Source: Candidatus Solibacter sp.
Lineage (GTDB): Bacteria; Acidobacteriota; Terriglobia; Bryobacterales; Bryobacteraceae
Direction: 5' to 3'
Assembly (NCBI GenBank): GCA_025463045.1
Contig: JAOAPT010000050.1
Span: 3,408 to 67,407, forward strand
Length of the DNA: 64,000 nt
Numbering within the stretch: position 1 is the stretch's first letter; each line of letters starts with the position of its first letter. Below the pieces are notes generated by a model. The model ran no database searches and was not told the origin of the DNA. It saw only the letters and a program-made list of their open reading frames with translations. Both the position numbers and the translations under genes were made by a program. Of the stretch, positions 18,531 through 29,323 are shown one piece after another.

Positions 18531-18788
18531 CTTAACTGACGCAAATAGCGCACGTTTTGTGCCGTCGCATCTGCTGCCAGCGAAAGGAATTGTCCCCGTC
18601 CCACCTGTCCGCTTGTGGGACGCGCCGTCCCAATCCGCTCCGCCCGCAGAAAGTAAAGGTGATGATGCCCCGAGCCCCATTGTGCCGCCGACCGAAGCGA
18701 GAGCCCGCCCCGATCGGTCGACACCCGCCGCATGAACCTTCGACGCCAAATCCGCCGCCGCCGTCCCGCTCGCGCGCCGAACCCCCGA

Positions 18789-18830
18789 TCCGAGCCGCGA
18801 CCGTTAGGAAGCGGTGGTCACCGCTTTCCG
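18789..18830. repeat. Palindromic dispersed repeat, partial copy 1
   Basis: TCCGAGCCGCGACCGTTAGGAAGCGGTGGTCACCGCTTTCC. Left arm plus inner hairpin only. Lies in the divergent region upstream of ileS. Confidence 0.75.
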
Positions 18831-18904
18831 CACGAAAACCCGCTCCGCAAAACCCCATTCTTCAAGGGAGCAGTCAAGTTGCTAACATAAAGATAACCCC
18901 TCAA

Positions 18905-21712
18905 ATGGATCCAGAAAAAGTAGATCTGAAGCAGACGATCAATCTGCCAAAAACCGCTTTCTCCATGAAAGCCAACCTGCCGCAGGCCGAGCCCAAAATC
19001 CTCGCCCGGTGGGAGCAGGAGAAACTCTATCACCAGATCCGTGCCTCGCGCGCCGGACGCCCCACCTACATCCTGCACGACGGCCCGCCGTACGCCAACG
19101 GCCGCATTCACCTCGGCACCGCCTTCAACAAGATCCTGAAGGACTTCGTCGTCAAGTCCAAGACCATGGCCGGCTTCGATTCTCCCTACGTCCCCGGCTG
19201 GGATTGCCACGGTCTCCCCATCGAAATCAAGGTCGATAGCGAACTCGGCGCCAAGAAGGCGCAGATGACCGCCGTGCAGATCCGCCGCGCCTGCCGCAAG
19301 TACGCCGAAAAGTACGTCGATATCCAGCGCACCGATTTCAAACGCCTCGGCGTCCTCGGCCGCTGGGAAGATCCGTACCTAACCATGAGCGCCGAGTATC
19401 AGTCCGTCATCGCCGGCGCCTTCGTCGATTTCCTCGATCGCGGCTACGTCTACAAAGGTCTCAAGCCCGTCCACTGGTGCATCAAAGATCGCACCGCCCT
19501 CGCCGAAGCCGAGGTCGAATACGCCGATCATTCGAGCCCCTCGATCTGGGTTCGCTTCGCCCTCAAGTCCGACCCCGGCAAGATCGATCCCTCGCTCGCC
19601 GGACGCAAAGTCTACGGCCTCATCTGGACCACCACCCCGTGGACCATCCCGGCCAACATGGCCATCGCCTTCAACCCGCGCTACGAGTACGCCGCCGTCG
19701 ATGTCGCGGGAGATGTTTATCTCGTCGCCAATGACCTGCTCGCCGTCACCGCCGAAAAATGCGGCTGGAGCGGCTACACCAAACTCGCCGTCTTCCAGGG
19801 CGCACAAATCGAAGGCGCCATCTTTCGCCACCCGTTATTCGAACGCGACTCCATCGGCGTTCTCGCCGACTATGTCACCCTCGAACAGGGCACTGGCGCC
19901 GTCCACACCGCGCCCGGCCACGGACAGGAGGATTACGCCACCGGCCAGAAATACGGCATCCCGACCTTCTGTCCCGTCGATGCCGCGGGCCGTTTCTTCC
20001 GCGCCGAAGGCGCTCCCGGCCACCTCCCCGACGACCTGATCGGTAAGACCATCTGGGAAGGCAATCCGCTCGTCATCGAACATCTCAAGGCCGCTGGCGC
20101 GTTGCTCGGCCTCGAAAAACTCGCCCACTCCTACCCGCATTGCTGGCGCTGCCACAATCCCGTCATCTTCCGCGCCACAGAACAATGGTTCATCGGCATG
20201 GAGCGGAATAACCTGCGCCAGAACGCGCTCGACGCCATCAAGAAAGTAAAGTGGATTCCCGAGTGGGGACAGGAGCGCATCTCCAACATGATCGCCGTCC
20301 GCCCCGACTGGTGCATCTCGCGCCAGCGCGTCTGGGGCGTGCCGATCACCGTCTTCTATTGCGAAAGCTGCCGCGAGCCGGTCACCGACCGTAAGATCCT
20401 CGACCCCATCGTCGCCCTCTTCCGCGAACATACCGCCGATATCTGGTACGAGCGCACTGCCGCCGAGTTACTCCCCGCCGGCTTCAAATGCGCCAAGTGC
20501 GGCGGCTCCGAATTTGCCAAGGAAACCGACATTCTCGACGTCTGGTTCGATTCCGGTTCGAGCCACCTCGCCGTCCTCAACGACCGCTTCGGCCTGTCCT
20601 GGCCCGCCGACGTCTATCTCGAAGGCGGCGACCAATATCGCGGCTGGTTCCATAGCTCGCTCTTAGTCGGCACCGGCCTCCGCGGCGGTTCGCCCTATCG
20701 CTCCTGCCTGCTCAACGGCTGGGTGCTCGATGGCGATGGCAAGGCGATGCATAAGTCGCTCGGCAACGCCATCGAGCCCGAAAGCGTCATCAAGAATCAC
20801 GGCGCCGACATCCTTCGCCTGTGGACCGCGTCCGTAGAATTTAACGAGGACGTCCGTATGTCGGACACCATCCTCACGCGCCTCACCGACGCGTACCGCA
20901 AACTCCGCAACACGTTCCGCTACATGCTCGGCAATCTCGCCGATTTCAACCCGGAGACCGACTCCGTGCCCGCGTCCGAAATGACCGAGCTCGATCAGTG
21001 GATCCTGCTCCGCGCCGACGATCTCATCGCCAAATCCCGCGCCTGGTACGACAATTTCGAGTTCCACAAGATCTATCACTCGGTCTACGCCTTCGCCACC
21101 GTCGACCTGAGCTCCGTCTACTTCGACGTGCTCAAGGATCGCCTGTACACCTCCGCGCCGAATTGGCGGACTCGCCGCGCCGCGCAAACCGCGCTCTACC
21201 GGTTGCTCGATTCGCTCGTCCGCCTGCTCGCGCCGCTGATGAGCTTCACCGCCGAGGAAGTTTGGGGCCACATGAACCGTCCCGACTCCATCCACTTGGC
21301 CTATTTCCCTGAACCCGGGGAAATCTCCGCCGGATTGGACGACGAAGCACGGAAACGCACTGCCAACTGGGACCGTCTCATGTTAGTGAGAGACGTGGTG
21401 CTCAAAAGTCTCGACACCGCGCGAAATGAAAAGCTGATCGGCGCGCCGCTCGAAGCTCGCGTGCGCCTCTCCGCAAACGAGGAGTTGTATCCGCTGTTGC
21501 AGCAGTATCTCGAACAGTTACCTGGACTCTTCATCGTCTCCGAAGTCGAACTCGAACCGTCGGAAGCGGAACTCGCCGTCGTTGTGGAACGCGCCTCCGG
21601 CACCAAGTGCGAACGCTGCTGGAAGTACACGAAGGATGTTGGCAGCGATCCCGAATTCCCCACCATCTGCGCCAGGTGCGCGGCTGCCGTTCACGAGATA
21701 CTCAATGCCTGA
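18905..21712 (+). CDS. ileS: Isoleucine--tRNA ligase
   Basis: Class I HIGH (PYANGRIHLGT) and KMSKS-type (KMHKSLGN) motifs. C-terminal Zn-finger CERCWKY...CARC. Start MDPEKVDLKQTINLPKT at 18905. The 116-codon upstream extension of the ORF is rejected. Confidence 0.95.
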   Translation: MDPEKVDLKQTINLPKTAFSMKANLPQAEPKILARWEQEKLYHQIRASRAGRPTYILHDGPPYANGRIHLGTAFNKILKDFVVKSKTMAGFDSPYVPGWDCHGLPIEIKVDSELGAKKAQMTAVQIRRACRKYAEKYVDIQRTDFKRLGVLGRWEDPYLTMSAEYQSVIAGAFVDFLDRGYVYKGLKPVHWCIKDRTALAEAEVEYADHSSPSIWVRFALKSDPGKIDPSLAGRKVYGLIWTTTPWTIPANMAIAFNPRYEYAAVDVAGDVYLVANDLLAVTAEKCGWSGYTKLAVFQGAQIEGAIFRHPLFERDSIGVLADYVTLEQGTGAVHTAPGHGQEDYATGQKYGIPTFCPVDAAGRFFRAEGAPGHLPDDLIGKTIWEGNPLVIEHLKAAGALLGLEKLAHSYPHCWRCHNPVIFRATEQWFIGMERNNLRQNALDAIKKVKWIPEWGQERISNMIAVRPDWCISRQRVWGVPITVFYCESCREPVTDRKILDPIVALFREHTADIWYERTAAELLPAGFKCAKCGGSEFAKETDILDVWFDSGSSHLAVLNDRFGLSWPADVYLEGGDQYRGWFHSSLLVGTGLRGGSPYRSCLLNGWVLDGDGKAMHKSLGNAIEPESVIKNHGADILRLWTASVEFNEDVRMSDTILTRLTDAYRKLRNTFRYMLGNLADFNPETDSVPASEMTELDQWILLRADDLIAKSRAWYDNFEFHKIYHSVYAFATVDLSSVYFDVLKDRLYTSAPNWRTRRAAQTALYRLLDSLVRLLAPLMSFTAEEVWGHMNRPDSIHLAYFPEPGEISAGLDDEARKRTANWDRLMLVRDVVLKSLDTARNEKLIGAPLEARVRLSANEELYPLLQQYLEQLPGLFIVSEVELEPSEAELAVVVERASGTKCERCWKYTKDVGSDPEFPTICARCAAAVHEILNA

Positions 21713-22214
21713 GTTGAGGACGCCTGACCTGCGGTGGAAGGCCTACGGAACCGCGGCCATCGTCTTCGCCCTCGACCGCTTCACCAAGTGGCTGATTGAA
21801 ACCAACGTCTCCGTAATGGATACTTACCACGTGATTCCCGGCTTTTTCGATATCGTTCATTCGGAGAACCGTGGTGTAGCCTTCGGTTTCCTGAATGACT
21901 CCACCAACGAGTGGCGGACCACCATCTTAGTCGTCCTCGCCAGTGCCGCCGTCGTCTTTGTGGCGGCTATGCTGTGGAATGCCCAGCGCCTCGATCGCTC
22001 GTCGTTCTGGGGATTATCCCTGATACTCGGTGGGGCCGTCGGCAACGTCTTCGACCGCGCGGTCTACGGCAGAGTAACCGACTTTCTCGATTTCTACTTC
22101 CGCGACTATCACTGGCATACCTTCAACATCGCCGATTCCGCCATCGTGATCGGCAGCGGACTCCTCTTGCTCGATCTCTTGCGTCCCAAACGGCAGGCGG
22201 CCAATGCTTCCTAG
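21705..22214 (+). CDS. lspA: Lipoprotein signal peptidase (signal peptidase II)
   Basis: NRGVAFG, GGAVGNVFDR and FNIADSAI motifs. The ATG overlaps the ileS 3' end by 8 nt. Confidence 0.92.
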   Translation: MPELRTPDLRWKAYGTAAIVFALDRFTKWLIETNVSVMDTYHVIPGFFDIVHSENRGVAFGFLNDSTNEWRTTILVVLASAAVVFVAAMLWNAQRLDRSSFWGLSLILGGAVGNVFDRAVYGRVTDFLDFYFRDYHWHTFNIADSAIVIGSGLLLLDLLRPKRQAANAS

Positions 22215-23010
22215 ACTCTTTCATATCCCTGTCCTGGATTACGACCTGCACACTTACGGCGTTCTTGTCGCCATTGCGTTCCTGGTCGCACTCTGGCTCG
22301 CCGGACGCCTCGCCAAGGAATCCGGTTTGAGCTCCGAGTCGGTCACCAATCTCGGCATCTACTGCGCGCTTGCCGCCATCGCCGGCGCCAAGTTGATGAT
22401 GTTTGTCGTCGATATCCCGTATTACTCCCAGCACCCGGGCGAGATCTTCTCCCTATCTACCCTGCAGGCCGGCGGCGTCTTCTATGGCGGCCTGATCGCT
22501 GCCCTCGCCGTCGCCGTCTGGTATATGCGGAAGACAAAGCTGCCCGGTTGGAAGACGGCCGACGTCTTTGCCCCTGCGATCGCACTCGGCCACGGCATTG
22601 GACGACTCGGTTGTTTCTCCGCCGGATGCTGCTGGGGAATTCAGTGCGATCGCCCTTGGGCCGTAACCTTCACCAATCCGCTCTCGCATGACTTGGTGGG
22701 TGTGCCGCTCAACATCCCGCTGCACCCGACGCAGCTATACGAGGCTTTCGCGGAGTTCATTATCTTTGGAGTACTCTACTCCCGCTTTCGTAAGCCCCAC
22801 GCCGACGGCTCGATCATCGGTCTCTACTTACTGCTCTATTCGACCGCGCGATTCATCGTGGAGTTCTTCCGGGTGCACGAACAGGGGAACTTGCTGGGTG
22901 GACCGCTCGACACATCGCAGTGGATCTCCTTGGGACTCTTCCTCGTGGGAGTTGCGTGTGTCTGGAAGCGGCCCTTCGCTACCCGGCGCGTAGCGCCAAG
23001 CCATCCGTAA
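22204..23010 (+). CDS. lgt: Phosphatidylglycerol--prolipoprotein diacylglyceryl transferase
   Basis: [34 protein letters not shown] and HPTQLYEA motifs. Overlaps lspA by 11 nt. Confidence 0.92.
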   Translation: MLPRLFHIPVLDYDLHTYGVLVAIAFLVALWLAGRLAKESGLSSESVTNLGIYCALAAIAGAKLMMFVVDIPYYSQHPGEIFSLSTLQAGGVFYGGLIAALAVAVWYMRKTKLPGWKTADVFAPAIALGHGIGRLGCFSAGCCWGIQCDRPWAVTFTNPLSHDLVGVPLNIPLHPTQLYEAFAEFIIFGVLYSRFRKPHADGSIIGLYLLLYSTARFIVEFFRVHEQGNLLGGPLDTSQWISLGLFLVGVACVWKRPFATRRVAPSHP

Positions 23011-23048
23011 GCGGGGCCGCCATCCATTTGACTGGACTAACTTGCTGG

Positions 23049-23303
23049 TTATTGCTCTTTCTGGGCTTTCTTGGATTTCGCCCAGCGAGCGCGTTGAGCT
23101 GCCGCGATCCGCGCCCTGCCCTCAGCACTCATGCGGTGCCTTCGAGGAGCCGACTTGGCCGCCTTCTTGACCGGGCCGGGGCCCGCAGTTGGTTTACCCA
23201 ACTGGCGCCGCAGCTCTGCCATTTTCGATTGAATATCCTGAAGCTGCTGCTGGTATCCGACGAGTGCAGCTTCCATTGTTGCCCTATCCAGACTAAGAGC
23301 CAT
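23049..23303 (-). CDS. Small basic coiled-coil protein (hypothetical)
   Basis: 84 aa with an N-terminal heptad-like segment and a C-terminal [19 protein letters not shown] motif. A TATAAT (minus strand, 23314-23319) lies 10 nt upstream of the ATG. The only coherent ORF in this gap. Confidence 0.5.
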   Translation of the reverse strand: MALSLDRATMEAALVGYQQQLQDIQSKMAELRRQLGKPTAGPGPVKKAAKSAPRRHRMSAEGRARIAAAQRARWAKSKKAQKEQ

Positions 23304-23456
23304 ATATACCTAAATTATAGGTTCATCCAGTTAGATTTGTGCAGCTATGTCAAGGAATTCAGTGTGCCGTTTAGCACCATGAGTACTACTCCGGGACTTA
23401 TGCCACCCCGCCCCGGCATTCTCGCCGCCCCGCAAACAGGCACAATAAAGGAGATC

Positions 23457-25607
23457 ATGACACCTGTTACACGAGCACTTGCCGCCGCTTTGTTGCTGGC
23501 CTGCTCCGCTGGCGCCCAGCGGCTAGCCCTTTGGTATCACCAGCCCGCCGTGGACTGGCAAAGTCAGGCGCTCCCCATCGGCAATGGACGTCTGGGCGCG
23601 ATGATCTATGGTGATGCCCGCCGCGAGCACCTTCAACTTAACGAAATCTCCCTTTGGACTGGCGACGAGCAAGATACCGGACGTTACCAGAACCTTGCCG
23701 ACCTCTTTCTCGACCTGAACCACGGCGAGCCCGGCAATTACCGCCGTTCCCTTGATATCGAGCGCGCCGTTCACACCATCGATTACTCCGCAGGCAACGT
23801 TGCCTTTCACCGTGAATACTTCGCCAGCGCCCCCCAACAGGTGCTCGTTTTCCGGTTTACTGCCGGGAAACCTGGTGCTTACTCCGGAAGCCTACGACTA
23901 ACCGACGCCCATGGCGTCCGCACCACGGCCGCCGGTACTCTCCTGACCGCCGGCGGCAAACTCGATAACGGTCTGGAGTACCAGACGCAAGTCCAACTTG
24001 TAAATGCCGGTGGCACCATTACCGTAGCCGGCGATATGCTGCAGATCGCGCATGCCGATGCCCTCACTATCTTGGTCGATGCCCGTACTAACTACGTTCC
24101 CGACCGCGCCCGCCAGTGGCGCGGCGCCTCTCCGAACAAGCGCATCGCAGGTGAACTCCGCGCCGCAGCCGCCAAACCCTATGCCGGCCTGCTCGCCGCG
24201 CACATCGCCGACTATCAGGCCTTATTCCGTCGCGTCACCTTGAACCTCGGACCGTCCGCGCCCGGCCTGCCGACCGACGAGCGCCTCGTTCGGTACCGCG
24301 ACGGCGCAACCGATCCGGACCTTGAAGCCCTGTTCTTCCAATACGGCCGCTATCTTTTGATATCCTCTTCCCGTCCTGGTACTCTGCCCGCGAACTTGCA
24401 GGGACTCTGGAACAACTCCAACAATCCGCCCTGGCGCAGCGACTATCACTCCAACATCAACATACAGATGAACTACTGGCCGGCCGAAGTAACCAACCTA
24501 TCGGAATGCGCCATCCCGTTCTTCGACTATGTCGACAGCCTTCGCGGCGTCCGCACCGAGGCTACCCGCCAGCACTATCCCAACGTGCGCGGTTGGACCG
24601 TCCAGACGGAGAACAATATCTTCGGCGCCGGCAGCTTCAAGTGGAATCCGCCCGGTTCGGCATGGTACGCCCAGCACTTTTGGGAGCATTACGCCTTTAC
24701 TAACGACCGTGCATTCCTCGCTAAGACGGCCTATCCCGTCCTCAAGGAAATCACTCAGTTCTGGGAAGATCACCTGATCGCGCGCGAGGATGGCGCCCTG
24801 GTTACTCCCGACGGCTGGTCCCCGGAACATGGCCCCGAAGAGCCCGGCGTCACCTACGATCAGGAACTGGTCTGGGACCTTTTCACTAACTACCTCGATG
24901 CCGGCGCCGTCCTCGGGGTGGATCCCGAGTACCGTACTAAAATAACCGGCCTTCGCGAGCAACTGCTCAAGCCGAAAATCGGCGCGTGGGGTCAATTGCA
25001 GGAATGGCCGGAAGACCGCGACGATATCCGCGACGAACACCGTCACGTCTCGCACCTCTTCGCGCTTCATCCCGGACGGCAGATCTCACCCGTTACCACA
25101 CCCGAGCTCGCCGCTGCAGCCAAGGTCTCGTTGACCGCGCGCGGTGATCAATCCACCGGTTGGGCGATGGCCTGGCGCATCAATTTCTGGGCGCGCCTGC
25201 TCGATGGCGATCACGCGCATCGCTTACTGCGTAACCTGCTGCATATCACCGGCAAGGGCAATAACATCGATTACGGAAAGGGCGGGGGAGTCTACTCCAA
25301 CTTATTTGATACGCACCCTCCTTTCCAGATCGATGGCAACTTTGGTGCCACCGCCGGGATCGCCGAGATGCTCCTGCAATCCCATGCCGGCGAAATCCAC
25401 CTGCTGCCCGCGCTTCCGAAGGATTGGGCCGATGGCGCGGTCACCGGCCTTCGCGCCCGCGGCAACGTCACGGTCGATATCGCGTGGAAGGGTGGAATCG
25501 TTACCAAAGCCGTCCTGCGTTCGCCAGAGGATCGCAGCGTGGCGGTCCGAGTAAACGGAAGTAGGCGTAACCTGACACTCAAGGCGGGTATTCCCGTACA
25601 AATCTGA
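23457..25607 (+). CDS. Glycoside hydrolase family 95 (alpha-L-fucosidase-like), secreted
   Basis: Signal peptide, then [28 protein letters not shown], typical of the GH95 N-terminal domain. AAAGGAG Shine-Dalgarno before the ATG at 23457. The upstream ORF extension is rejected. Confidence 0.85.
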   Translation: MTPVTRALAAALLLACSAGAQRLALWYHQPAVDWQSQALPIGNGRLGAMIYGDARREHLQLNEISLWTGDEQDTGRYQNLADLFLDLNHGEPGNYRRSLDIERAVHTIDYSAGNVAFHREYFASAPQQVLVFRFTAGKPGAYSGSLRLTDAHGVRTTAAGTLLTAGGKLDNGLEYQTQVQLVNAGGTITVAGDMLQIAHADALTILVDARTNYVPDRARQWRGASPNKRIAGELRAAAAKPYAGLLAAHIADYQALFRRVTLNLGPSAPGLPTDERLVRYRDGATDPDLEALFFQYGRYLLISSSRPGTLPANLQGLWNNSNNPPWRSDYHSNINIQMNYWPAEVTNLSECAIPFFDYVDSLRGVRTEATRQHYPNVRGWTVQTENNIFGAGSFKWNPPGSAWYAQHFWEHYAFTNDRAFLAKTAYPVLKEITQFWEDHLIAREDGALVTPDGWSPEHGPEEPGVTYDQELVWDLFTNYLDAGAVLGVDPEYRTKITGLREQLLKPKIGAWGQLQEWPEDRDDIRDEHRHVSHLFALHPGRQISPVTTPELAAAAKVSLTARGDQSTGWAMAWRINFWARLLDGDHAHRLLRNLLHITGKGNNIDYGKGGGVYSNLFDTHPPFQIDGNFGATAGIAEMLLQSHAGEIHLLPALPKDWADGAVTGLRARGNVTVDIAWKGGIVTKAVLRSPEDRSVAVRVNGSRRNLTLKAGIPVQI

Positions 25608-25640
25608 GAGTCTGGACCGCCGCGTGCACCGTAAGTAGCC

Positions 25641-25982
25641 ATGAAACTCCGAGTACTTTTTACCGGTCTCATGCTGATGTTGCCCGCTGGTGAAGCTGTC
25701 GCGGCGGAGGCGCCTGACCAGCCCGCACATGTTCAAACTGTAGCGACAGTGCGCCGCCGTTATCCCCGCCGCCGCTACGTCGCCCGACGCCGCGTCGTGG
25801 TACGCCGTCGCAAGTTCAGCCATTCGGCCGCGATTGTCGGTGGAAGTGCGGCCGGAGGCGCGGCGATCGGAGCGCTCGCGGGAGGCGGTAAGGGTGCGGC
25901 GATCGGTGCTCTCGCGGGCGGAGCGGGCGGGTTGGTCTACGACCGCGCCACTCACAAAAAGAAAGTCATCGTCAATCGCTAG
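25641..25982 (+). CDS. Small secreted glycine-zipper protein
   Basis: Signal peptide, a basic RR-rich linker, then GGSAAGGAAIGALAGGGKGAAIGALAGGAGG (glycine-zipper/YMGG-like). Confidence 0.6.
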   Translation: MKLRVLFTGLMLMLPAGEAVAAEAPDQPAHVQTVATVRRRYPRRRYVARRRVVVRRRKFSHSAAIVGGSAAGGAAIGALAGGGKGAAIGALAGGAGGLVYDRATHKKKVIVNR

Positions 25983-26737
25983 AGTTTCTGCCCTAGCGCA
26001 TGTTCGAGGCGGTCACGGTAACTGCGGCTCAGGGTGACTTGAGTCAGGTCGCGTAACGTGATTACGTGATCGCCTCCCGGCAGCGGGTGAATCTCTTTGA
26101 CGAACTCGACATTGACGATCGCCGATCGGTGTACCCGCACGAAGCGCCCGGCGCCGAGTTGGCTCTCGATCCGGTTCATGGTCTGCCGCGTCAGGTAGAC
26201 TTCGCGGCCGGCGTGCACGCGCACGTAGTCGCCTTCCGCCTCGAGCCACTCGATGCGTATCGTCTGCAGCAGCACGGAATGCGTGCTGGTCTTGACAACG
26301 AGGTGCGTCTTCGGTCCGGCCACGCTGCGCAGTAACCGCGCCATGCGTTCCTTCAGATCGCTCTCATCGGGCCCCTCGAGTCGTTCCCGCACCCGCGAGA
26401 CCGCGTCTTCGAATCGCCGCTTGCTGAACGGCTTCAGCAGGTAATCGATCGCCCGTTTCTCGAACGCCTGCACGGCGTACTGATCGTGCGCCGTCACGAA
26501 AACCACCATCGGGAGCAGCCGCGGATCGAGCGCCTGCAGCACAGCGAACCCGTCCATCCCCGGCATCTGCACGTCCAGGAAAACGAGCTGCGGCCGCATT
26601 GAGCGGATCGCTTCCACCGCCTGTTCGCCGTTGCCGCACTCGCCGACAATTTCCATGTCCGCCTCCGGCCGTAGAAACGCGCGCAGGCGGCGTCGCGCCA
26701 GAGGCTCATCGTCGACAATCAGTGTTCGTATCCGCAT
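25979..26737 (-). CDS. LytTR-family response regulator
   Basis: REC domain (MRIRTLIVDDEPLARRRL...VFLDVQMPGMDG) plus a LytTR DNA-binding domain. ATG at 26737 lies 4 nt after the kinase stop. Confidence 0.92.
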   Translation of the reverse strand: MRIRTLIVDDEPLARRRLRAFLRPEADMEIVGECGNGEQAVEAIRSMRPQLVFLDVQMPGMDGFAVLQALDPRLLPMVVFVTAHDQYAVQAFEKRAIDYLLKPFSKRRFEDAVSRVRERLEGPDESDLKERMARLLRSVAGPKTHLVVKTSTHSVLLQTIRIEWLEAEGDYVRVHAGREVYLTRQTMNRIESQLGAGRFVRVHRSAIVNVEFVKEIHPLPGGDHVITLRDLTQVTLSRSYRDRLEHALGQKL

Positions 26738-26741
26738 TGCA

Positions 26742-27896
26742 TTACCGCCGGAAGGGGATCTCGACCTCCGCCACCGCGCCGCGCTCGCCGCCTTCACGTA
26801 GCGCGAAGCGATAGCGATCCTCGAAGTGCTGCGCCAGGCGGGCGCGTGTGTTGGCGAGCCCCAGACCCCCGGGAGTCCCCCGCTCACTCCAGCCCGCGCC
26901 ATCGTTCAGCACGGTCATCTTCAGTTGTCCGCCGGCCAGCCACGCGCGCACTTCGATGCGCCCTGGTCCGGTGCGCCGACTGATCCCGTGGCGCACCGCG
27001 TTCTCCACCAGCGGCTGCAAAATCAGGCGCGGCACCATCGCTTCGAGCGCCGCATGGTCGGCATCGACCTTGGTGGTCAACCGATCCTGAAATCGCGTGC
27101 GCTGGATGTCGAGATAGATTTCGAGAATCTCCAGTTCCTCGCGCAGCGGAATCTCGTAGGCGCCATCCTGATTCAAGGTGCGACGCAGCAGTGTCGCGAG
27201 CTTGGTCATCATCTCGTCCGCCGCGTCGACATCTTCATGCATCAGTGTCGCGATCGAATTCAGTGCGTTGAAGAGGAAGTGCGGATGGAGTTGCGCCTCG
27301 AGCGCCTGCAGCCGGCCCGCGCTCCACTCGCGCTCGCGCGCTTCATACCGCAAGTACAACTGCACCATCTGGGCGAGAGCCGCGATCGTCGCGAACAGCC
27401 AGAGGTCGCCGAAGAGATTGCCGATCGCGTAGTATTTGACCAGTTCGGACCACGGCACCATCGTCGGTGGGTATACCAGCGAGTGCAGCGACGCGCGATA
27501 CAGCGCGTGAACGATATCGAGTGCCAGCGCCCAGCAGGCCAGGATCGCGATCTTCCGTCCCCACCGCAGCGCCAGTTCGTAAATCAGCGGCGCGGCGAGC
27601 GCCCAGAAGAGGTACTCGACTGCGGGATAGCGCAGTTGATCGAGCCAGGTTACGTGCAGGCGGAAGCCGGTCTTGTAGACGTAGTTCTGCGTCGCCACCG
27701 CGACCGCTAAAAGCGGCCAGAGCGCGAGAGCGATTGCCCATCGAGTGCGAGTCTTGTGCAGCGCCGCGAGCACTATCCAGACAGTGTACGCCCGCCCGGG
27801 CGCGCCGCCAAAACCCGGCGACTCGGCCCGGATTTCCAGCGCTTCGTCGCAAAGTGAGAGCCCGCGCGCATCGCCTTCCGTATGATCGATCCACAA
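26742..27896 (-). CDS. LytS/YehU-type sensor histidine kinase
   Basis: N-terminal TM helices. His_kinase motif LQALEAQLHPHFLFNALNSI and HATPase region (LVENAVRHG...GGLGLANTRARL). The 5' end is uncertain because the listed start is a TTG abutting the divergent gene. Confidence 0.88.
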   Translation of the reverse strand: MWIDHTEGDARGLSLCDEALEIRAESPGFGGAPGRAYTVWIVLAALHKTRTRWAIALALWPLLAVAVATQNYVYKTGFRLHVTWLDQLRYPAVEYLFWALAAPLIYELALRWGRKIAILACWALALDIVHALYRASLHSLVYPPTMVPWSELVKYYAIGNLFGDLWLFATIAALAQMVQLYLRYEAREREWSAGRLQALEAQLHPHFLFNALNSIATLMHEDVDAADEMMTKLATLLRRTLNQDGAYEIPLREELEILEIYLDIQRTRFQDRLTTKVDADHAALEAMVPRLILQPLVENAVRHGISRRTGPGRIEVRAWLAGGQLKMTVLNDGAGWSERGTPGGLGLANTRARLAQHFEDRYRFALREGGERGAVAEVEIPFRR

Positions 27897-27898
27897 CC

Positions 27899-29323
27899 GT
27901 GGACCTCACTAAAATCCAGACTGACAAAAACAACGAACTGAAGCGTTCCCTGGGACCGGTGGCGCTGATCGCGCTCGGCGTAGGCGCCGTGGTGGGCGCG
28001 GGCATCTTCACCATGACCGGCGTTGCCGCCGCCACCAACACCGGGCCGGGGCTGATCATTTCGTTCGTGCTCGCCGCGATCGGCTGTTCGCTCGCCGGGC
28101 TCTGCTACAGCGAGTTCGCCACCATGATCCCGGTCGCGGGCAGCGCCTATACCTATGCCTCGGCGAGCTTCGGCGAGTTTTGGGGCTGGATCATCGGGTG
28201 GGATCTGATCCTTGAATATTGCGTCGGCGCTGCGACGGTGGCGATCGGGTGGTCGCAGACTCTCGATGCGCTGCTCTCGTCGCTCGGGGTAAACATTCCC
28301 GCGTCGATCGCCGCGTCGCCGTTTCAAGGCGGGATGGGCAAGGGCTACATTAATCTGCCGGCGGTCGCGATCGTGGTGCTGGTGTCGCTGCTTCTGATGC
28401 GCGGCATCCGCGAATCGGCGGGCGTGAACTCCGTCATCGTGGTGCTGAAGGTGGCGGTCATCCTGGTCTTCGTGGCGATCGGCTGGAGCTACATGCAGCC
28501 GGCCAATCACACTCCGCTGATTCCGCCGAACGAGGGTCAGTTCGGACGCTTCGGCTGGAGCGGACTTCTCGCAGGCGCGGGCGTGATCTTCTTCGCGTAC
28601 ATCGGTTTCGACGCCGTGTCGACGGCCGCGCAGGAGGCGCGCAATCCGAAGCGCGATCTGCCCATCGGCATCTTCGGCTCGCTCGCGGTCTGCACGGTGC
28701 TCTTCATTCTCTATGCGTGGGTACTTACCGGAATCGTCAATTATCGCCAACTCGGTGTCGCCGCGCCGCTCGCCCTCGCACTGGAGCGCATCCCGCACCC
28801 GTGGCTTGCGATCGCGATGAACTTCGCGGTGCTTGCCGGGCTGACGTCCGTGATGCTGGTGATGCTGCTCGGACAATCGCGCGTGTTTTACTCTATGGCC
28901 CGCGACGGCCTGCTGCCCGCGAGCTTCGCTGAAGTGCATCCGAAGTTCCGCACGCCGTGGCGCTGCAATCTGATCCTGATGGTCTTCGTGGCGCTCTTCG
29001 GCGCCTTCGCGCCGATCGGCATCGTGGGGAAGATGACCAGCATCGGGACGATGTTCGCTTTCGTGCTGGTCTGCGGAGGCGTGATTGTGCTGCGCCGCAG
29101 GCATCCGGAAATCGAGCGCCCGTTCCGCACGCCGTGGGTGCCGTTCGTTCCCGTGTTGGGCATCGTGGTCAACCTGCTGATGATGGCGGGGCTCGGCGCT
29201 TCGAATTGGGCGCGACTGCTCGGATGGCTTGTGATCGGCCTGATTATTTACTTCGGACGACGGCCGGGACGCGCGCGCCGAGCAGGATTCTCCGCGCTGA
29301 AAACCCGATCCGAGCGGCCCTAA
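27899..29323 (+). CDS. APC-superfamily amino acid permease (cationic amino acid transporter-like)
   Basis: GPVALIALGVGAVVGAGIFTMTG...MIPVAGSAYTYA...GWDLILEY with 12+ TM segments. GTG at 27899 is chosen because it gives a 474-aa protein of typical length. The upstream 144 codons are antisense to the kinase. Confidence 0.88.
   Translation: MDLTKIQTDKNNELKRSLGPVALIALGVGAVVGAGIFTMTGVAAATNTGPGLIISFVLAAIGCSLAGLCYSEFATMIPVAGSAYTYASASFGEFWGWIIGWDLILEYCVGAATVAIGWSQTLDALLSSLGVNIPASIAASPFQGGMGKGYINLPAVAIVVLVSLLLMRGIRESAGVNSVIVVLKVAVILVFVAIGWSYMQPANHTPLIPPNEGQFGRFGWSGLLAGAGVIFFAYIGFDAVSTAAQEARNPKRDLPIGIFGSLAVCTVLFILYAWVLTGIVNYRQLGVAAPLALALERIPHPWLAIAMNFAVLAGLTSVMLVMLLGQSRVFYSMARDGLLPASFAEVHPKFRTPWRCNLILMVFVALFGAFAPIGIVGKMTSIGTMFAFVLVCGGVIVLRRRHPEIERPFRTPWVPFVPVLGIVVNLLMMAGLGASNWARLLGWLVIGLIIYFGRRPGRARRAGFSALKTRSERP

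Noticed and set aside
18801-18830. T-box-like sequence (GCGGTGGTCACCGC resembles the GGGTGGTACCGCG T-box core) upstream of ileS.
   Set aside because: The same sequence is the inner arm of the palindromic repeat found at three unrelated loci (29.6, 40.4 and 58.0 kb). No specifier loop or stem I architecture is visible. The resemblance is most simply coincidental.
18557-18904. 116-codon N-terminal extension of the ileS ORF.
   Set aside because: The extension is P/R-rich, runs through a dispersed palindromic repeat, and is not part of any IleRS I know. The canonical N-terminus (MDPEKVDLKQTINLPKT) starts at 18905.
22661-22695. GTAACCTTCAC, an 11-nt match to the candidate ECF promoter, inside lgt.
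   Set aside because: It lies within a conserved coding region and lacks both the upstream GCGCT and the downstream TTCCTTAT block. It is likely a chance match.
22920-23456. 179-codon upstream extension of the GH95 ORF.
   Set aside because: It overlaps the lgt 3' end and the small minus-strand gene. A strong SD plus a signal peptide occur at 23457.
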